A DNA stretch of 47,972 bases from Rhodobiaceae bacterium. GTDB taxonomy: Bacteria; Pseudomonadota; Alphaproteobacteria; MED-G09. The DNA is taken from the NCBI GenBank assembly GCA_002723035.1, contig PBNH01000010.1, forward strand, positions 4,720 through 52,691, written 5' to 3'. A model generated the notes under the pieces. It was not told the DNA's origin, did no database searches, and worked only from the letters and a program-made list of their open reading frames with translations. Within the stretch, counting starts at the first letter, position 1; every line of letters starts with the position of its first letter. Both the position numbers and the translations under genes were made by a program. This document shows positions 1 to 10,197 of this stretch, piece by piece.

Positions 1-1221
1 GAAGATCCAGATGATGATGATCAAGATGAAGATCAAGAGGAAGATACTCAAGAGGAGACAATGGAGACAGAAGATAGCTCCTCCTCTGAGGATGAATCCC
101 AGTCTGAAGACATGGATATTGATGATGGCATTCCAGAGGAAGATGAGTCTATGGATGCTGATATGTCTGAAATGGGAGAAGAAACTGATATTGACGATGA
201 TACTATGGCTCAGGCTGCCAAAGGCAGAGGAAACGACAATGAAGCTAGAAGAGAATTACCATATAAAATATTTACAGAGAAAAATGATGAACAAATTAAG
301 GCTTTTGATTTATGCGAAATTGATGAATTAGATAAATTGAGAGAATATTTAGATCAACAATTAAATCATCTTCAAGGTGCAGTAACAAGACTTGCAAATA
401 AATTACAAAGAAAATTGTTAGCACAACAAAATCGTTCATGGGAATTTGATTTAGAAGAAGGGCTTTTGGATGTATCGAAATTAACCAGGGTTATTACAGA
501 CCCGACCTCACCATTATCTTTCAAAATGGAAAAAGATATTGAATTTCGAGATACAATTGTTTCACTGCTAATTGACAATTCTGGCTCTATGAGAGGAAGA
601 CCAATTACAATTGCTGCAATGTGCGCAGATATTCTTGCTAGAACACTTGAAAGATGCTCAGTTAAAACTGAAATACTAGGTTTTACTACAAAAGCTTGGA
701 AAGGTGGGAAATCAAGAGAAGAATGGATTGAAAGCGGTAAACAGCCTGCTCCAGGAAGATTAAATGACTTACGTCACATCATTTATAAAACAGCCGATGA
801 ACCCTGGCGACGATCAAAACGAAACTTAGGATTAATGCTTAGAGAAGGTTTGTTAAAAGAAAATATTGATGGTGAAGCACTTGAGTGGGCTTACAGTAGA
901 TTAATAACAAGATCTGAACAAAGAAAAATATTGATGGTTATTTCAGACGGAGCACCCGTAGATGACTCAACATTATCGGTAAATGCTGGAAACTATCTAG
1001 AAAGACATTTAAAACAGGTAATTCAAAAAATAGAAATAGACCCCTCAATAGAATTGACTGCAATTGGCATTGGTCATGATGTAAACAGATATTACAGAAG
1101 AGCGGTAACAATTGTTGATGCCGAACAACTTGGTGGTGCTATAACTGAGCAGCTGGCCGGACTATTCGATGAAGAGTTTAAGACTTCTAATGTTAGAAAA
1201 AGAATAAAAGTAAATAATTAA
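1..1221 (+). CDS. cobT: Cobaltochelatase subunit CobT (VWA domain), 5'-truncated by the window edge
   Basis: Frame is open from base 1. D/E-rich linker, then [25 protein letters not shown] motif [17 protein letters not shown] and ISDGAPVDD, typical of alphaproteobacterial CobT. Confidence 0.92.
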   Translation, partial: EDPDDDDQDEDQEEDTQEETMETEDSSSSEDESQSEDMDIDDGIPEEDESMDADMSEMGEETDIDDDTMAQAAKGRGNDNEARRELPYKIFTEKNDEQIKAFDLCEIDELDKLREYLDQQLNHLQGAVTRLANKLQRKLLAQQNRSWEFDLEEGLLDVSKLTRVITDPTSPLSFKMEKDIEFRDTIVSLLIDNSGSMRGRPITIAAMCADILARTLERCSVKTEILGFTTKAWKGGKSREEWIESGKQPAPGRLNDLRHIIYKTADEPWRRSKRNLGLMLREGLLKENIDGEALEWAYSRLITRSEQRKILMVISDGAPVDDSTLSVNAGNYLERHLKQVIQKIEIDPSIELTAIGIGHDVNRYYRRAVTIVDAEQLGGAITEQLAGLFDEEFKTSNVRKRIKVNN

Positions 1222-1493
1222 GCTCTTAAAATTTTCTTTTTAATTTTTCTTGCTTTGAGGGAAAGATCTGAATTTTTAGCTTTAATTAAGTAATTATCTA
1301 AACCACCAACATGCTCTACGGATCTTAATGCGTGAGCACTTATTTTGAAACGGATTGTTTGATTTAGTTTATCGCTTGCAAGACTAACATTACATAAATT
1401 AGGAAGAAATCTTCTTTTCGTCCTATTCTTTGCATGGCTAACGTTGTTACCGGTCATTACGCCTTTGCCGCTTAATTCACATTGTCTAGACAT
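1218..1493 (-). CDS. rpmB: 50S ribosomal protein L28
   Basis: [33 protein letters not shown]. Confidence 0.97.
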   Translation of the reverse strand: MSRQCELSGKGVMTGNNVSHAKNRTKRRFLPNLCNVSLASDKLNQTIRFKISAHALRSVEHVGGLDNYLIKAKNSDLSLKARKIKKKILRA

Positions 1494-1569
1494 TTTTTAA
1501 TACCAATTATTAGTTAACTTTAATTGAGGTTTATATAGACTAAATGATTACGTCAAGATAGTTTTATTA

Positions 1570-2412
1570 TCAATAATTCAAAGCCTCTTTTATTCTATCA
1601 ATATCATCTTTTACATCAATTAAATCATTATTCTGTAATTTATTATAATAATCTAACGCAACCTTAAGATCTTTTTTTACATACCTACCTTGTTCATAAA
1701 TTTTTGCCATTTCAATTATGGCTTCGTGTACATTTCCATTGGCGGCATCCCTAACAAATCTTAATCCTTTTTTTTCATCCCTAGTAACGCCTAAACCTCT
1801 AAGATAGAGCTTACCAAGATAAAATGTTGAATTAAAATATGGCGAGTTATCCCTATAATCTTCATTCGCCCTTGCTCTTCTATATAACTTTACTGCTTCT
1901 CTATAATCTCTTCTGCCAGCAGTCCCATTTTCATAGCCTTTTGCTACCTCAATTGACGATCTATCAAAATTCTTGTTAGAAGATACTTTAAACCACTCCA
2001 TTGCTTCTACTGGTTTTGGATCTTCCACTCTTCCCTCTCTCAACCAAAGTGCATAATTATATTGAGCCTGAGGAAGTCCCCCAAAAGCTGCTCTTTTATA
2101 ATATTCAAAGGCCTTTTTCTCATCAATTTCAACTCCACGACCTTTTGCATAAATAATTCCTAAATTAAATGTTGCAGCTATATTTCCCCTTTCTGATGCC
2201 TCTTTAAATAAATCAATAGCTTTTGAATAATCCTGTTTTAATCCCTTACCAATATAGTAAATACTACCTAAATAGAATTTAGCATCAGGGTTTCCTTCAT
2301 CAGATTGGGCTATTAAAATTTTTACATCTGTATCAATTGATAGCTCAGATTTAGTCTCATCATTAAACAATATAATAATAACTAATAGGACTAATGATTG
2401 TAAAAATCGCAT
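1570..2412 (-). CDS. Exported Sel1-like repeat protein
   Basis: Hydrophobic N-terminal signal and repeated AxFxLGxxYxxGxGVxxDxxKA units. Confidence 0.88.
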   Translation of the reverse strand: MRFLQSLVLLVIIILFNDETKSELSIDTDVKILIAQSDEGNPDAKFYLGSIYYIGKGLKQDYSKAIDLFKEASERGNIAATFNLGIIYAKGRGVEIDEKKAFEYYKRAAFGGLPQAQYNYALWLREGRVEDPKPVEAMEWFKVSSNKNFDRSSIEVAKGYENGTAGRRDYREAVKLYRRARANEDYRDNSPYFNSTFYLGKLYLRGLGVTRDEKKGLRFVRDAANGNVHEAIIEMAKIYEQGRYVKKDLKVALDYYNKLQNNDLIDVKDDIDRIKEALNY

Positions 2413-2425
2413 TTTGATTAATTCC

Positions 2426-3700
2426 TTATTTTTGTCTTTTTAAGAAATCGAAAAGATATCCAGCAACTTTACGAATCTGAATTTCTTCTGATCCCTCGGT
2501 TATTCTATAGCGCCTATGATGTCTATAAATATGCTCAAAAGGTTTATGACGGGAATAACCAATACCGCCATGTACTTGAATTGCTTGGTCAGCTGCTTGG
2601 CAAACAAGTCTATTGGACCGATAATTACACATAGATACCTTATCAGATAAGTGAGTGGCTACCTCAGGTTTTGTCATTTGATCCATTTGCCAAGCGGTTT
2701 TATAAACCAGATTTCTAATCATTTCACACTCTGTATGAAGTTCAGTTAATGGAAACTGTATTGCTTGATTTGTTGACAAAGCTCTCCCAAAGGGTTTTCT
2801 CTCTTTAGCGTATTCAACACTCATATTTATACAATACTGGGCAGCGCCAACTCCGGAAGCTGCCTGTCTTATTCTATTTTCATGAACAAAATGTTGAGCA
2901 AGCTCCAATCCTCTATCAAGTTTTCCTAATACAGAAGTATTCGGCACCCAAACATCTCTAAGACTTATTAATGCATGGTCAGTTGGCATATTAAATGTCC
3001 ACATAAATTCATCAACTTCAAAGCCAAGTGCAGATGAAGGAACTAAAAAACATGTTATACCTAGCGCAGAACCATTGTCACCGCTTGTTCTTGCAAAAAT
3101 CATATCATAGTTAGCCTTATGAATTCCAGTATTCCACGTTTTTTGACCATTTATAAGCCACCCATCAACCCCATCTCTGGTCTCTGGTACTGCATTGGTT
3201 TCCATCCAAGTAGCGTCTGATCCATGGTCAGGTTCAGTTAAACCAAAAGAAATCCTATGTGATCCATTCAACATTCCATTAATAAATTCGTCTTTTTGCT
3301 CAACAGTACCGAAATCTCTTAACATTAAAACCTGGGGAAAATTTCCAACTATAGAGTTCTCATTTTGTAAGTCATTGTGTAAACCCAAACCCTTAGCTGC
3401 TAAATGTTCTCGAATAATTGCCATCGCTAAATTTGAGCCATTTTTTCCACCATATTCTTCGGGTAATCCAAATCTTAAATGACCAGCTTCATCAGCAAGC
3501 TTTCTCATTTTACCTAAAAGCTCTTCCCACTCTTCGGTAGGAAGACCCCCATTATCCCAATTGGTTCTTGAATGCTCTCTTCTGTGATCAAAGAAACGAA
3601 TATTATCATCTTCATTTTCTAATGGTTTTATTTTTTTCTCAATAAAATCATCTAGAGTATCAAGATATTCAGAAATTTCATTTGGAATTGAGAAATCCAT
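2426..3700 (-). CDS. Acyl-CoA dehydrogenase family protein
   Basis: FGLTEPDHGSD, WLINGQKTW, AIQVHGGIG, RITEGSEEIQ motifs. Confidence 0.92.
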   Translation of the reverse strand: MDFSIPNEISEYLDTLDDFIEKKIKPLENEDDNIRFFDHRREHSRTNWDNGGLPTEEWEELLGKMRKLADEAGHLRFGLPEEYGGKNGSNLAMAIIREHLAAKGLGLHNDLQNENSIVGNFPQVLMLRDFGTVEQKDEFINGMLNGSHRISFGLTEPDHGSDATWMETNAVPETRDGVDGWLINGQKTWNTGIHKANYDMIFARTSGDNGSALGITCFLVPSSALGFEVDEFMWTFNMPTDHALISLRDVWVPNTSVLGKLDRGLELAQHFVHENRIRQAASGVGAAQYCINMSVEYAKERKPFGRALSTNQAIQFPLTELHTECEMIRNLVYKTAWQMDQMTKPEVATHLSDKVSMCNYRSNRLVCQAADQAIQVHGGIGYSRHKPFEHIYRHHRRYRITEGSEEIQIRKVAGYLFDFLKRQK

Positions 3701-3790
3701 TTTAAATCCTCCGTATTCATAAAAAATTGAATATTTACATTATTTAATCATAAAATCTATTCTTTATGCATTGTGTATTGAGGATATTTT

Positions 3791-3819
3791 TTGCATATAT
3801 ATGGTATAGAACATAACGT
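3791..3819 (+). promoter_or_regulatory. Putative sigma70 promoter of the helicase operon
   Basis: TTGCAT (3791-3796), 17 nt spacer, TAACGT (3814-3819). Confidence 0.5.
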
Positions 3820-3868
3820 GAAATTAACCATGTAAGTGATTCGATCATGATATGTTCTTAAAGTGATC
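3809..3868. promoter_or_regulatory. Putative alphaproteobacterial LexA (SOS) boxes
   Basis: GAAC-N7-GAAA (3809-3823) over the -10 element, and GATC-N7-GTTC-N7-GATC (3843-3868). The alpha consensus is GAAC-N7-GAAC / GTTC-N7-GTTC; each box has one mismatch. Confidence 0.5.
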
Positions 3869-3888
3869 TAAACTATAAATTAATATAA

Positions 3889-3904
3889 ATACTATATGTA
3901 GTAT
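3889..3904. promoter_or_regulatory. Putative NrdR-box-like palindrome
   Basis: ATACTATATGTAGTAT, a near-perfect 16-bp palindrome resembling acaCwAtATaTwGtg. Confidence 0.45.
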
Positions 3905-3957
3905 AATTTATTTTTTTATTTAATTCAAATATTCAAAAAAACTTTGTAAAAGAATTT

Positions 3958-6540
3958 ATGACTGTAATTGCTGCTTTAGGGCCAACAAATACTGGTAAAA
4001 CTTATTATGCTATCGAGAGGCTTGCCGCGCATAAATCCGGAATGATTGGTTTACCATTAAGACTTCTCACAAGAGAAGTATATGACAAAATGGTATTAAA
4101 AGTTGGCCCTTCAAGAGTAGCTATGATTACAGGTGAAGAGAGAATTATTCCTGATAATCCAAAATATTGGGTGTGCACAGTAGAATCTATGCCAATAAAT
4201 ATACCCGTAGAATTCTTGGCTGTTGATGAAATACAATTGATAGATGACCCAGAGAGAGGTCATATATTTACAGATAGAATTTTAAATGCTCGTGGAATGA
4301 GTGAAACCCTTTTTATGGGTTCAAGTATCTCAAAGAAAGTAATTAAAAAGCTAATTAATAATGTAAAATTTTATGACAGAGAGAGATACTCAAAACTAAC
4401 CTATACTGGTTATAAAAAAATTAGTCACCTACCAAAAAGGTCTGCCGTAGTAGCTTTCTCAATTCAATCTGTATATGCAATAGCAGAAATTATTAAAAGA
4501 CAAAAAGGTGGTGTAGCTGTAGTTATGGGATCATTGAGTCCTCAAGCAAGGAATGCTCAAGTAAAAATGTACCAAAATGGTGATGTCGATTACATTGTTG
4601 CTACTGATGCAATTGGAATGGGCTTAAATCTAGACCTAAATCATATAGCTTTTGCTGAAACTGAAAAATATGACGGAGAGAATTTCAGAAAATTATATCC
4701 ACATGAATTAGCTCAGATTGCAGGCAGAGCAGGGAGATATCAAAGAGATGGAACATTTGGGGTTACAGGTCAAGCAATTGAAATTGATAATGCAGTTATT
4801 GCTAGAATAGAGGATCATAGATTTATACCTCTTAACTCTGCAAAATGGAGAAATAAAAATCTTAATTTTTCCTCTGTTAATAAATTAATAGAAAGTCTTA
4901 AAGCCATCCCAAATCAAACTGAGCTTGGGATCTCTAGGCAAGCCGATGACTTAAGAGCTTTAATAAGGTTAAGCCAAGACAAAGAAATCTTAGAAAATGC
5001 AAATAATAAAAAAACTATTCAAACATTATGGGAAACATCTCAAATCCCTGACTTTAGAAATATAAGTGAAGGCGAACATTCAAAGATTATTTCTTTAATT
5101 TTTAAAGAATTATGCCTAAACAATAAATTATCTGATGAATGGCTAAACTCGCATATTAAATCTTTTGATAAGTATTATGGTGATATTAATTCTCTAATGA
5201 TGAGGCTATCTGGCATAAGAACATGGACATATGTCTCTCAAAAAGAAAAATGGTTAGATAATCCAGCCTTATGGCAGAAAAAAACTCGTGAAATTGAAGA
5301 TAAACTATCTGACGCACTTCACAATTCACTCACTGAAAGGTTTGTTGAAAAAAATTCAAATAAATTAAGAATTAAGTACAAAGATAAAAAAGATATTTTA
5401 TCTGGAATCAATGATAATGGAGATATTACAGTTGAAGGCGAGTATTTTGGAAAAATACTCGGTTTCAAATTAATTACTGAGAAATCCTACTCTGAACAAT
5501 ATCTTAAACAAATCAGATCAGCGATATCTAAACCTGTAGAAATAGAAATGAAAAAAAAATCTCTTAAAATTTTATCGTCAGAGTTTGATATGTTCACTCT
5601 AAACTCAGATCTTTTTATTTATTTTAATGATGAAAAAATTGCTGGATTAAAACCTGGTAACAATCCCCTTAATCCAAGTATTAATATAATTTGTGATGAA
5701 TATTTAGACTCAAATATTAAAAAAAAGCTCGAGAATAAATTTCTTGAATGGATACAAAATTATATTAAATTTAACTTAAAAGAAATCCTTTCACTAAAAA
5801 ATACCGATAATTTGTCTCCAGGCACAAAAGGTATTGCCTTTAGATTACTTGAAGAACTTGGCCTTATAATAAGAAGCAAGATTAAAAATGAAATAAAAAT
5901 TTTAGATCAAAAATCGAGACAAGAATTAAGAAAAATGGGAGTAAAAATTGGAAAGTTCTCAATATTTTTTCCTGCAACTGTTAAGCCAAAAGCCACTGAG
6001 TTATTAATATCTTTGTGGATTAATTATTCAGAAAAAAACTATAGTCAAGACGATATTAGACTCATAAGAGAAAATTTACCGAAACCTGGTATTACTTCAT
6101 GTGCTTTAAATCAAAACATATCGCACGAGATATATAAAGTACTTGGTTATTTAGTTATTGGCAAAATGGTTATAAGAGCGGATATTATTGAGAGACTCGA
6201 CAAAATAATCTATAATCAAATTGATAAGGATTCAAAAGACAAAAGCTTTTTAGTTAACGACGAAATGATATCTTTATTAGGATGTTCTAGAGAAAATATG
6301 AAGCTAATTATAAAAAATCTTGGCTTCATTAAAAATAATAAAAAAATACACAAGCCTGATGACAATGGAATTATTTCTGAGGATCCTGAAATTTGGTACA
6401 AAAAGAAATATAATTATGGAGCAAATATTAAGAAAAAATCTAAAAAATTTAAAAAGAAATCAAAAAAAGAAACTACTTCAAATTTTTTTGCTGAAAACAA
6501 TGATCTCAAAAAGTTAAAAGAAAGATTAAAATTTGAATAG
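3958..6540 (+). CDS. SF2 Suv3/MgpS-like ATP-dependent helicase
   Basis: GPTNTGKT Walker A, PLRLL, DEIQ, ATDAIGMGLN, QIAGRAGR. Confidence 0.9.
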   Translation: MTVIAALGPTNTGKTYYAIERLAAHKSGMIGLPLRLLTREVYDKMVLKVGPSRVAMITGEERIIPDNPKYWVCTVESMPINIPVEFLAVDEIQLIDDPERGHIFTDRILNARGMSETLFMGSSISKKVIKKLINNVKFYDRERYSKLTYTGYKKISHLPKRSAVVAFSIQSVYAIAEIIKRQKGGVAVVMGSLSPQARNAQVKMYQNGDVDYIVATDAIGMGLNLDLNHIAFAETEKYDGENFRKLYPHELAQIAGRAGRYQRDGTFGVTGQAIEIDNAVIARIEDHRFIPLNSAKWRNKNLNFSSVNKLIESLKAIPNQTELGISRQADDLRALIRLSQDKEILENANNKKTIQTLWETSQIPDFRNISEGEHSKIISLIFKELCLNNKLSDEWLNSHIKSFDKYYGDINSLMMRLSGIRTWTYVSQKEKWLDNPALWQKKTREIEDKLSDALHNSLTERFVEKNSNKLRIKYKDKKDILSGINDNGDITVEGEYFGKILGFKLITEKSYSEQYLKQIRSAISKPVEIEMKKKSLKILSSEFDMFTLNSDLFIYFNDEKIAGLKPGNNPLNPSINIICDEYLDSNIKKKLENKFLEWIQNYIKFNLKEILSLKNTDNLSPGTKGIAFRLLEELGLIIRSKIKNEIKILDQKSRQELRKMGVKIGKFSIFFPATVKPKATELLISLWINYSEKNYSQDDIRLIRENLPKPGITSCALNQNISHEIYKVLGYLVIGKMVIRADIIERLDKIIYNQIDKDSKDKSFLVNDEMISLLGCSRENMKLIIKNLGFIKNNKKIHKPDDNGIISEDPEIWYKKKYNYGANIKKKSKKFKKKSKKETTSNFFAENNDLKKLKERLKFE

Positions 6541-6832
6541 AATTAATAAAAATGAAAAAAATCAAGTTGTTGATGAACAAAGAATAGATAATTGGCTTTT
6601 TAGGTCACGTTTGATCAAATCGAGGGCTAAAGCTCAAAAAATTATCCTTGATGGATATGTTAAAATTAATAAAATACGCACATCAAAGCCATCAGTTAAG
6701 ATTAAAATTGGAGATGTTATAACACTGACTAAATTTAATAGTGTCTTTGTATTATCAGTAGAAGATTTTGCAAAAAATAGACTTAATGCTAAAGAGGCTA
6801 TTAAATTGTATAAAGAAATTAAAATAATATAG
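6533..6832 (+). CDS. S4-domain RNA-binding protein (Hsp15/HslR-like)
   Basis: RIDNWLFRSRLIKSRAKAQ...G.VKIN...KPS.KIKIGD; TTG start overlapping the helicase stop. Confidence 0.85.
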   Translation: MNRINKNEKNQVVDEQRIDNWLFRSRLIKSRAKAQKIILDGYVKINKIRTSKPSVKIKIGDVITLTKFNSVFVLSVEDFAKNRLNAKEAIKLYKEIKII

Positions 6833-6838
6833 GAAAAT

Positions 6839-7306
6839 TTGTTAATGAAAAAATTTATAAAAAAGTTTTTTAGTGAGAAAACTTCAAATAAAGAAAATCA
6901 GGACGAGCCCAATAGTTCTGTTATTGAAGAGGCTGTGGTAGTATTATTACTCCGGGCGGCAAATATTGACGGTAATAAAGATGAGCAGGAAGTTGAGTCA
7001 ATTAAAAAATTAATTATTAAACAATTTAATTATGACGAAGAAAGGGCAGATACACTTATTACGTCAGCAAATGAGAAAGAGGAAAACTCTGCAGATCTGT
7101 TTGAGTGGTCTAAAATAATTAACGATCATTATGATCTAGATAGTAAAAAAATTGTTTTTAGCATGATGTGTGAAATAATTTGTGCAGATGGATTAGTTGA
7201 TCCTTTTGAGTCAAACCTAATTAGAAGACTATCTGGTTTACTTTACATTTCAGATAAAGATGCAGGTGCAATCAAAAAAGAAGTTATGAATAACAAAGGT
7301 ATGTAA
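6839..7306 (+). CDS. TerB-family protein
   Basis: [12 protein letters not shown] and [20 protein letters not shown]; the ATG at 6845 is the likelier start. Confidence 0.8.
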   Translation: MLMKKFIKKFFSEKTSNKENQDEPNSSVIEEAVVVLLLRAANIDGNKDEQEVESIKKLIIKQFNYDEERADTLITSANEKEENSADLFEWSKIINDHYDLDSKKIVFSMMCEIICADGLVDPFESNLIRRLSGLLYISDKDAGAIKKEVMNNKGM

Positions 7307-7644
7307 TGACTTACGTTGTCTCAGAGGAATGCATTAAGTGTAAATTTATGGATTGTGTTGATGTCTGTCCAGTCGATTGTTTTTATGAAGGCGAAAACAT
7401 GCTTGTAATACATCCTGAAGAATGCATTGATTGTGGTGTCTGCGAACCTGAGTGCCCAGCAGAAGCTATTCATCCTGACACAAAGGACGGTATGGAGAAA
7501 TGGTTAAAAATAAATACCGAATATGCTGATAAATGGCCAAATATAACTGTAATGAGAGATAGTCCTGAAGATGCTGAAGATTTTAATGGTGAAGAAAATA
7601 AATTTGAAAAATATTTTAGCGAAGAGCCTGGGGAAGGTGATTAA
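7306..7644 (+). CDS. fdxA: Ferredoxin FdxA
   Basis: [18 protein letters not shown] and [12 protein letters not shown]. Confidence 0.95.
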   Translation: MTYVVSEECIKCKFMDCVDVCPVDCFYEGENMLVIHPEECIDCGVCEPECPAEAIHPDTKDGMEKWLKINTEYADKWPNITVMRDSPEDAEDFNGEENKFEKYFSEEPGEGD

Positions 7645-7719
7645 CCTTAAAATCTTGTAAAAGCTTGATTATTCTGCTAAAGGCTTTTTTCTAACTTCAT
7701 TGTACTAAGGATACCTCTG

Positions 7720-8601
7720 ATGAGTGTAAAAAAAAGGGCACAAAAAAATAAATCAAAAGCTGCAGAAAAAATAAGTAAAAAAAAAGTAGTAAAAAAAAAT
7801 ATGGTTAAGAAAGCTTCTACGAAAAAAGCTTCTCAAAAGAGAGCTGCACCTAAGAAAGCTGCACCTAAGAAAACTTCATCTAAGAAGGCTGTTCCTAAGA
7901 AAGCTGCACCTAGAAAAGCTGCACCCAAGAAAGCTGCACCTAAGAAAACTTCATCGAAGAAGGCTGTTCCTAAGAAAGCTGCACCCAAAAAAGCTACACC
8001 TAATAAAACTGCAACGAAAAAAATAATTAAAAAAAAGGAGTCCCCTAAAAATTCATCAGAAAAGAGAAATGTAGCTAAGAAAGAGGAATTTCTTCCGGAA
8101 CAATATGTTGTCTATCCATCTCATGGTATTGGTCAAATTTTATTAATAGAAAAAAAAGAGATAGCAGGACAAATGCTTACAATGTATGTGATAGAGTTTG
8201 AAAAAGAAAAGATGACATTAAGAGTACCTATAGAAAAGACCAAAGAAATTGGAGTTAGAAAAATTTCTACAAAAAATCAACTTAAAGATGTTTTTGAAAT
8301 ATTAACAGGAAAAGCAAAAATTAGAAGAACGATGTGGAGTAGAAGGGCTCAAGAGTATGAAACTAAAATAAATTCTGGTGATATAAAGCTTCTTACTGAA
8401 GTAGTAAGAGATTTATTTAGAAGTGACAGTCAGCCAGAACAATCTTACTCTGAAAGGCAGTTATATGAAGCTGCTAGAGAGAGATTATCAAGAGAAGTGG
8501 CTGTTATTGAAAAAACTGATGAACAAAAAGCTATTGAAAAGATGGAAACTATATTAAATAATTCAAATGTTAGAAACGAAGAACTAAGTACTGAAAACTA
8601 A
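7720..8601 (+). CDS. carD: CarD/CdnL-family transcription factor with a Lys/Ala/Pro-rich N-terminal extension
   Basis: VVYPSHGIG, LRVP, RTMWSRRAQEYETKINSGD, EQSYSERQLYEAA; follows fdxA. Confidence 0.93.
   Translation: MSVKKRAQKNKSKAAEKISKKKVVKKNMVKKASTKKASQKRAAPKKAAPKKTSSKKAVPKKAAPRKAAPKKAAPKKTSSKKAVPKKAAPKKATPNKTATKKIIKKKESPKNSSEKRNVAKKEEFLPEQYVVYPSHGIGQILLIEKKEIAGQMLTMYVIEFEKEKMTLRVPIEKTKEIGVRKISTKNQLKDVFEILTGKAKIRRTMWSRRAQEYETKINSGDIKLLTEVVRDLFRSDSQPEQSYSERQLYEAARERLSREVAVIEKTDEQKAIEKMETILNNSNVRNEELSTEN
7807..8016 (+). repeat. Coding tandem repeat, 14 x 15 bp (KKAAP-type)
   Basis: Unit consensus aagaaagctgcacct, with a higher-order 75-bp duplication (7837-7911 / 7912-7986). Confidence 0.9.
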
Positions 8602-8626
8602 GAATATTTTTAAGAGGGGAAACTTA

Positions 8627-9775
8627 TTGAGTCATCAGAGAAAAAAATTAGTAGATCTTGCCAAAAGATTGCTAAATCATAATTTAAATGGTTCTACGGA
8701 TCAAGCTGATGAAATTATGATTAAATCAGTTAATGATTATACTAATAATAATATTATTAGATCAGAAGTTAACAAAATTTTCTATGACCATCCCGTACCC
8801 ATAGCATTAAGTGCGGAACTTAAAAAAAATAATTCTTATAAAGCTTACACAGTAATTGATACGCCTTTACTAATAACAAGAGATGAAAATGGGGTTGTAA
8901 GAACTTTTATCAATATATGCAAGCATAGAGGTGCTCCTGTTTGCCCAGAAGGAAGTGGAAAAAAATCAAGATTTAACTGCACGTATCACGGATGGATGTA
9001 TGATAATAAGGGAAGTTTAGTTAATATTTTTAAATCAAATACTTTCGGTGATATTGATATAAAAAATATAAAATTAACCGAATTATTTTGTGAAGAAAAA
9101 TCCGGATTTATTTGGACATGCCTAAACCCGGATATTAATTATGATCTCTCTAAATGGATGAATGGATTTGACTCGGAACTGGATGATATAGACTTAAAAA
9201 ACTGGTATATTTTTAAAAGTACAACTCTAAATGGACCTAGATGGAAAATTTGTTGGGATGGTTATTTAGATGGTTACCATCATCATATGGTTCATCCTGA
9301 AACTGTCGGCAAAAACACAATTGTCAACCTTATTGCTCATGATACATATGGACCTCATCAAAGATTTGCCTTTGGCTTAAAAAACATTAACGAACTTGCT
9401 GAGATTGATGAGGAAGATTGGGAGCCTGAAAACCATATAAGGTTAATTCACTCAGTATTTCCAAATGGCTCAATTTCAGCAATTCAAAACCAACATTGTT
9501 TAGTGAGTATAGTTTTTCCAACTCCTGATTTACAAGGTACTACCACAACCCAATATATTTTATGTCTGAATGAACCTAAAACAAAAGAACAAATTAAAGA
9601 TGCAGAAGATTTTGCAGAATTAAGTAGAGCGGCTATAGTAGATGAAGATTATCCAATGAATTTCAAAATACAGGATTTTATAGACTCTAAGGCCAATAAA
9701 GAATTTTTATTTGGAAGAAATGAACCCATACAACAACATTATCATAAATGGGTAGATAAATTATCCTCAAAGTAA
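8627..9775 (+). CDS. Rieske non-heme iron aromatic ring-hydroxylating oxygenase, alpha subunit
   Basis: CKHRG...CTYHGW Rieske motif, DGYHHHMVH mononuclear Fe site, C-terminal EDY; TTG start after a GAGGGG RBS. Confidence 0.9.
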   Translation: MSHQRKKLVDLAKRLLNHNLNGSTDQADEIMIKSVNDYTNNNIIRSEVNKIFYDHPVPIALSAELKKNNSYKAYTVIDTPLLITRDENGVVRTFINICKHRGAPVCPEGSGKKSRFNCTYHGWMYDNKGSLVNIFKSNTFGDIDIKNIKLTELFCEEKSGFIWTCLNPDINYDLSKWMNGFDSELDDIDLKNWYIFKSTTLNGPRWKICWDGYLDGYHHHMVHPETVGKNTIVNLIAHDTYGPHQRFAFGLKNINELAEIDEEDWEPENHIRLIHSVFPNGSISAIQNQHCLVSIVFPTPDLQGTTTTQYILCLNEPKTKEQIKDAEDFAELSRAAIVDEDYPMNFKIQDFIDSKANKEFLFGRNEPIQQHYHKWVDKLSSK

Positions 9776-10044
9776 ATTATCTGCAACAACTAGATCCAGG
9801 TATTTGGTTTTATGAGTCAGCAGGCGCTAGACATGAAGCCACGCAAAGAGTAACTGATGAGGACTTAATTTATACTGCAAATATTTATGGCACATTAATT
9901 TTTAACTCTGGCCCAGGAACTCCTGTTGAGGCAGTTGTTTCTTGGTTAGATTACAAAACTATGGCTGAAAATTCCGCTGATGTTAAATTAGCTCCGAATA
10001 CTATTTTGAATGACACTAGTTTATTGGCTTGGGCGCCAATTTAA
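9772..10044 (+). pseudogene. 5'-truncated remnant of a cupin dioxygenase (Dke1 / 2,4'-dihydroxyacetophenone dioxygenase-like)
   Basis: Stop-free 90-codon frame missing from the ORF track: VNYLQQLDPGIWFYESAGARHEATQRVTDEDLIYTANIYGTLIFNSGPGTPVEAVVSW...AWAPI*. In-frame TAA at 9757 and no ATG near the 5' end. Confidence 0.6.
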
Positions 10045-10104
10045 GATTTAGAAATTTTATAAAAATACTTGATTTTATATGCTTAATTTATAGTTTTAAT
10101 TTGT

Positions 10105-10181
10105 GGTCCCGTAGCTCAGCAGGATAGAGCACCAGATTCCTAATCTGGGGGTCACAAGTTCGAATCTTGTCGGGATCACCA
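10105..10181 (+). tRNA. tRNA-Arg(CCT)
   Basis: Acceptor stem GGTCCCG/CGGGATC, anticodon arm CCAGA-TTCCTAA-TCTGG, T-loop TTCGAAT, encoded CCA. Confidence 0.97.
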
Positions 10182-10197
10182 AATTAATTATTTACGT

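Noticed and set aside
7807-8016. Short regular repeats as a possible CRISPR array
   Set aside because: In-frame 15-bp coding units with no unique spacers and no cas genes.
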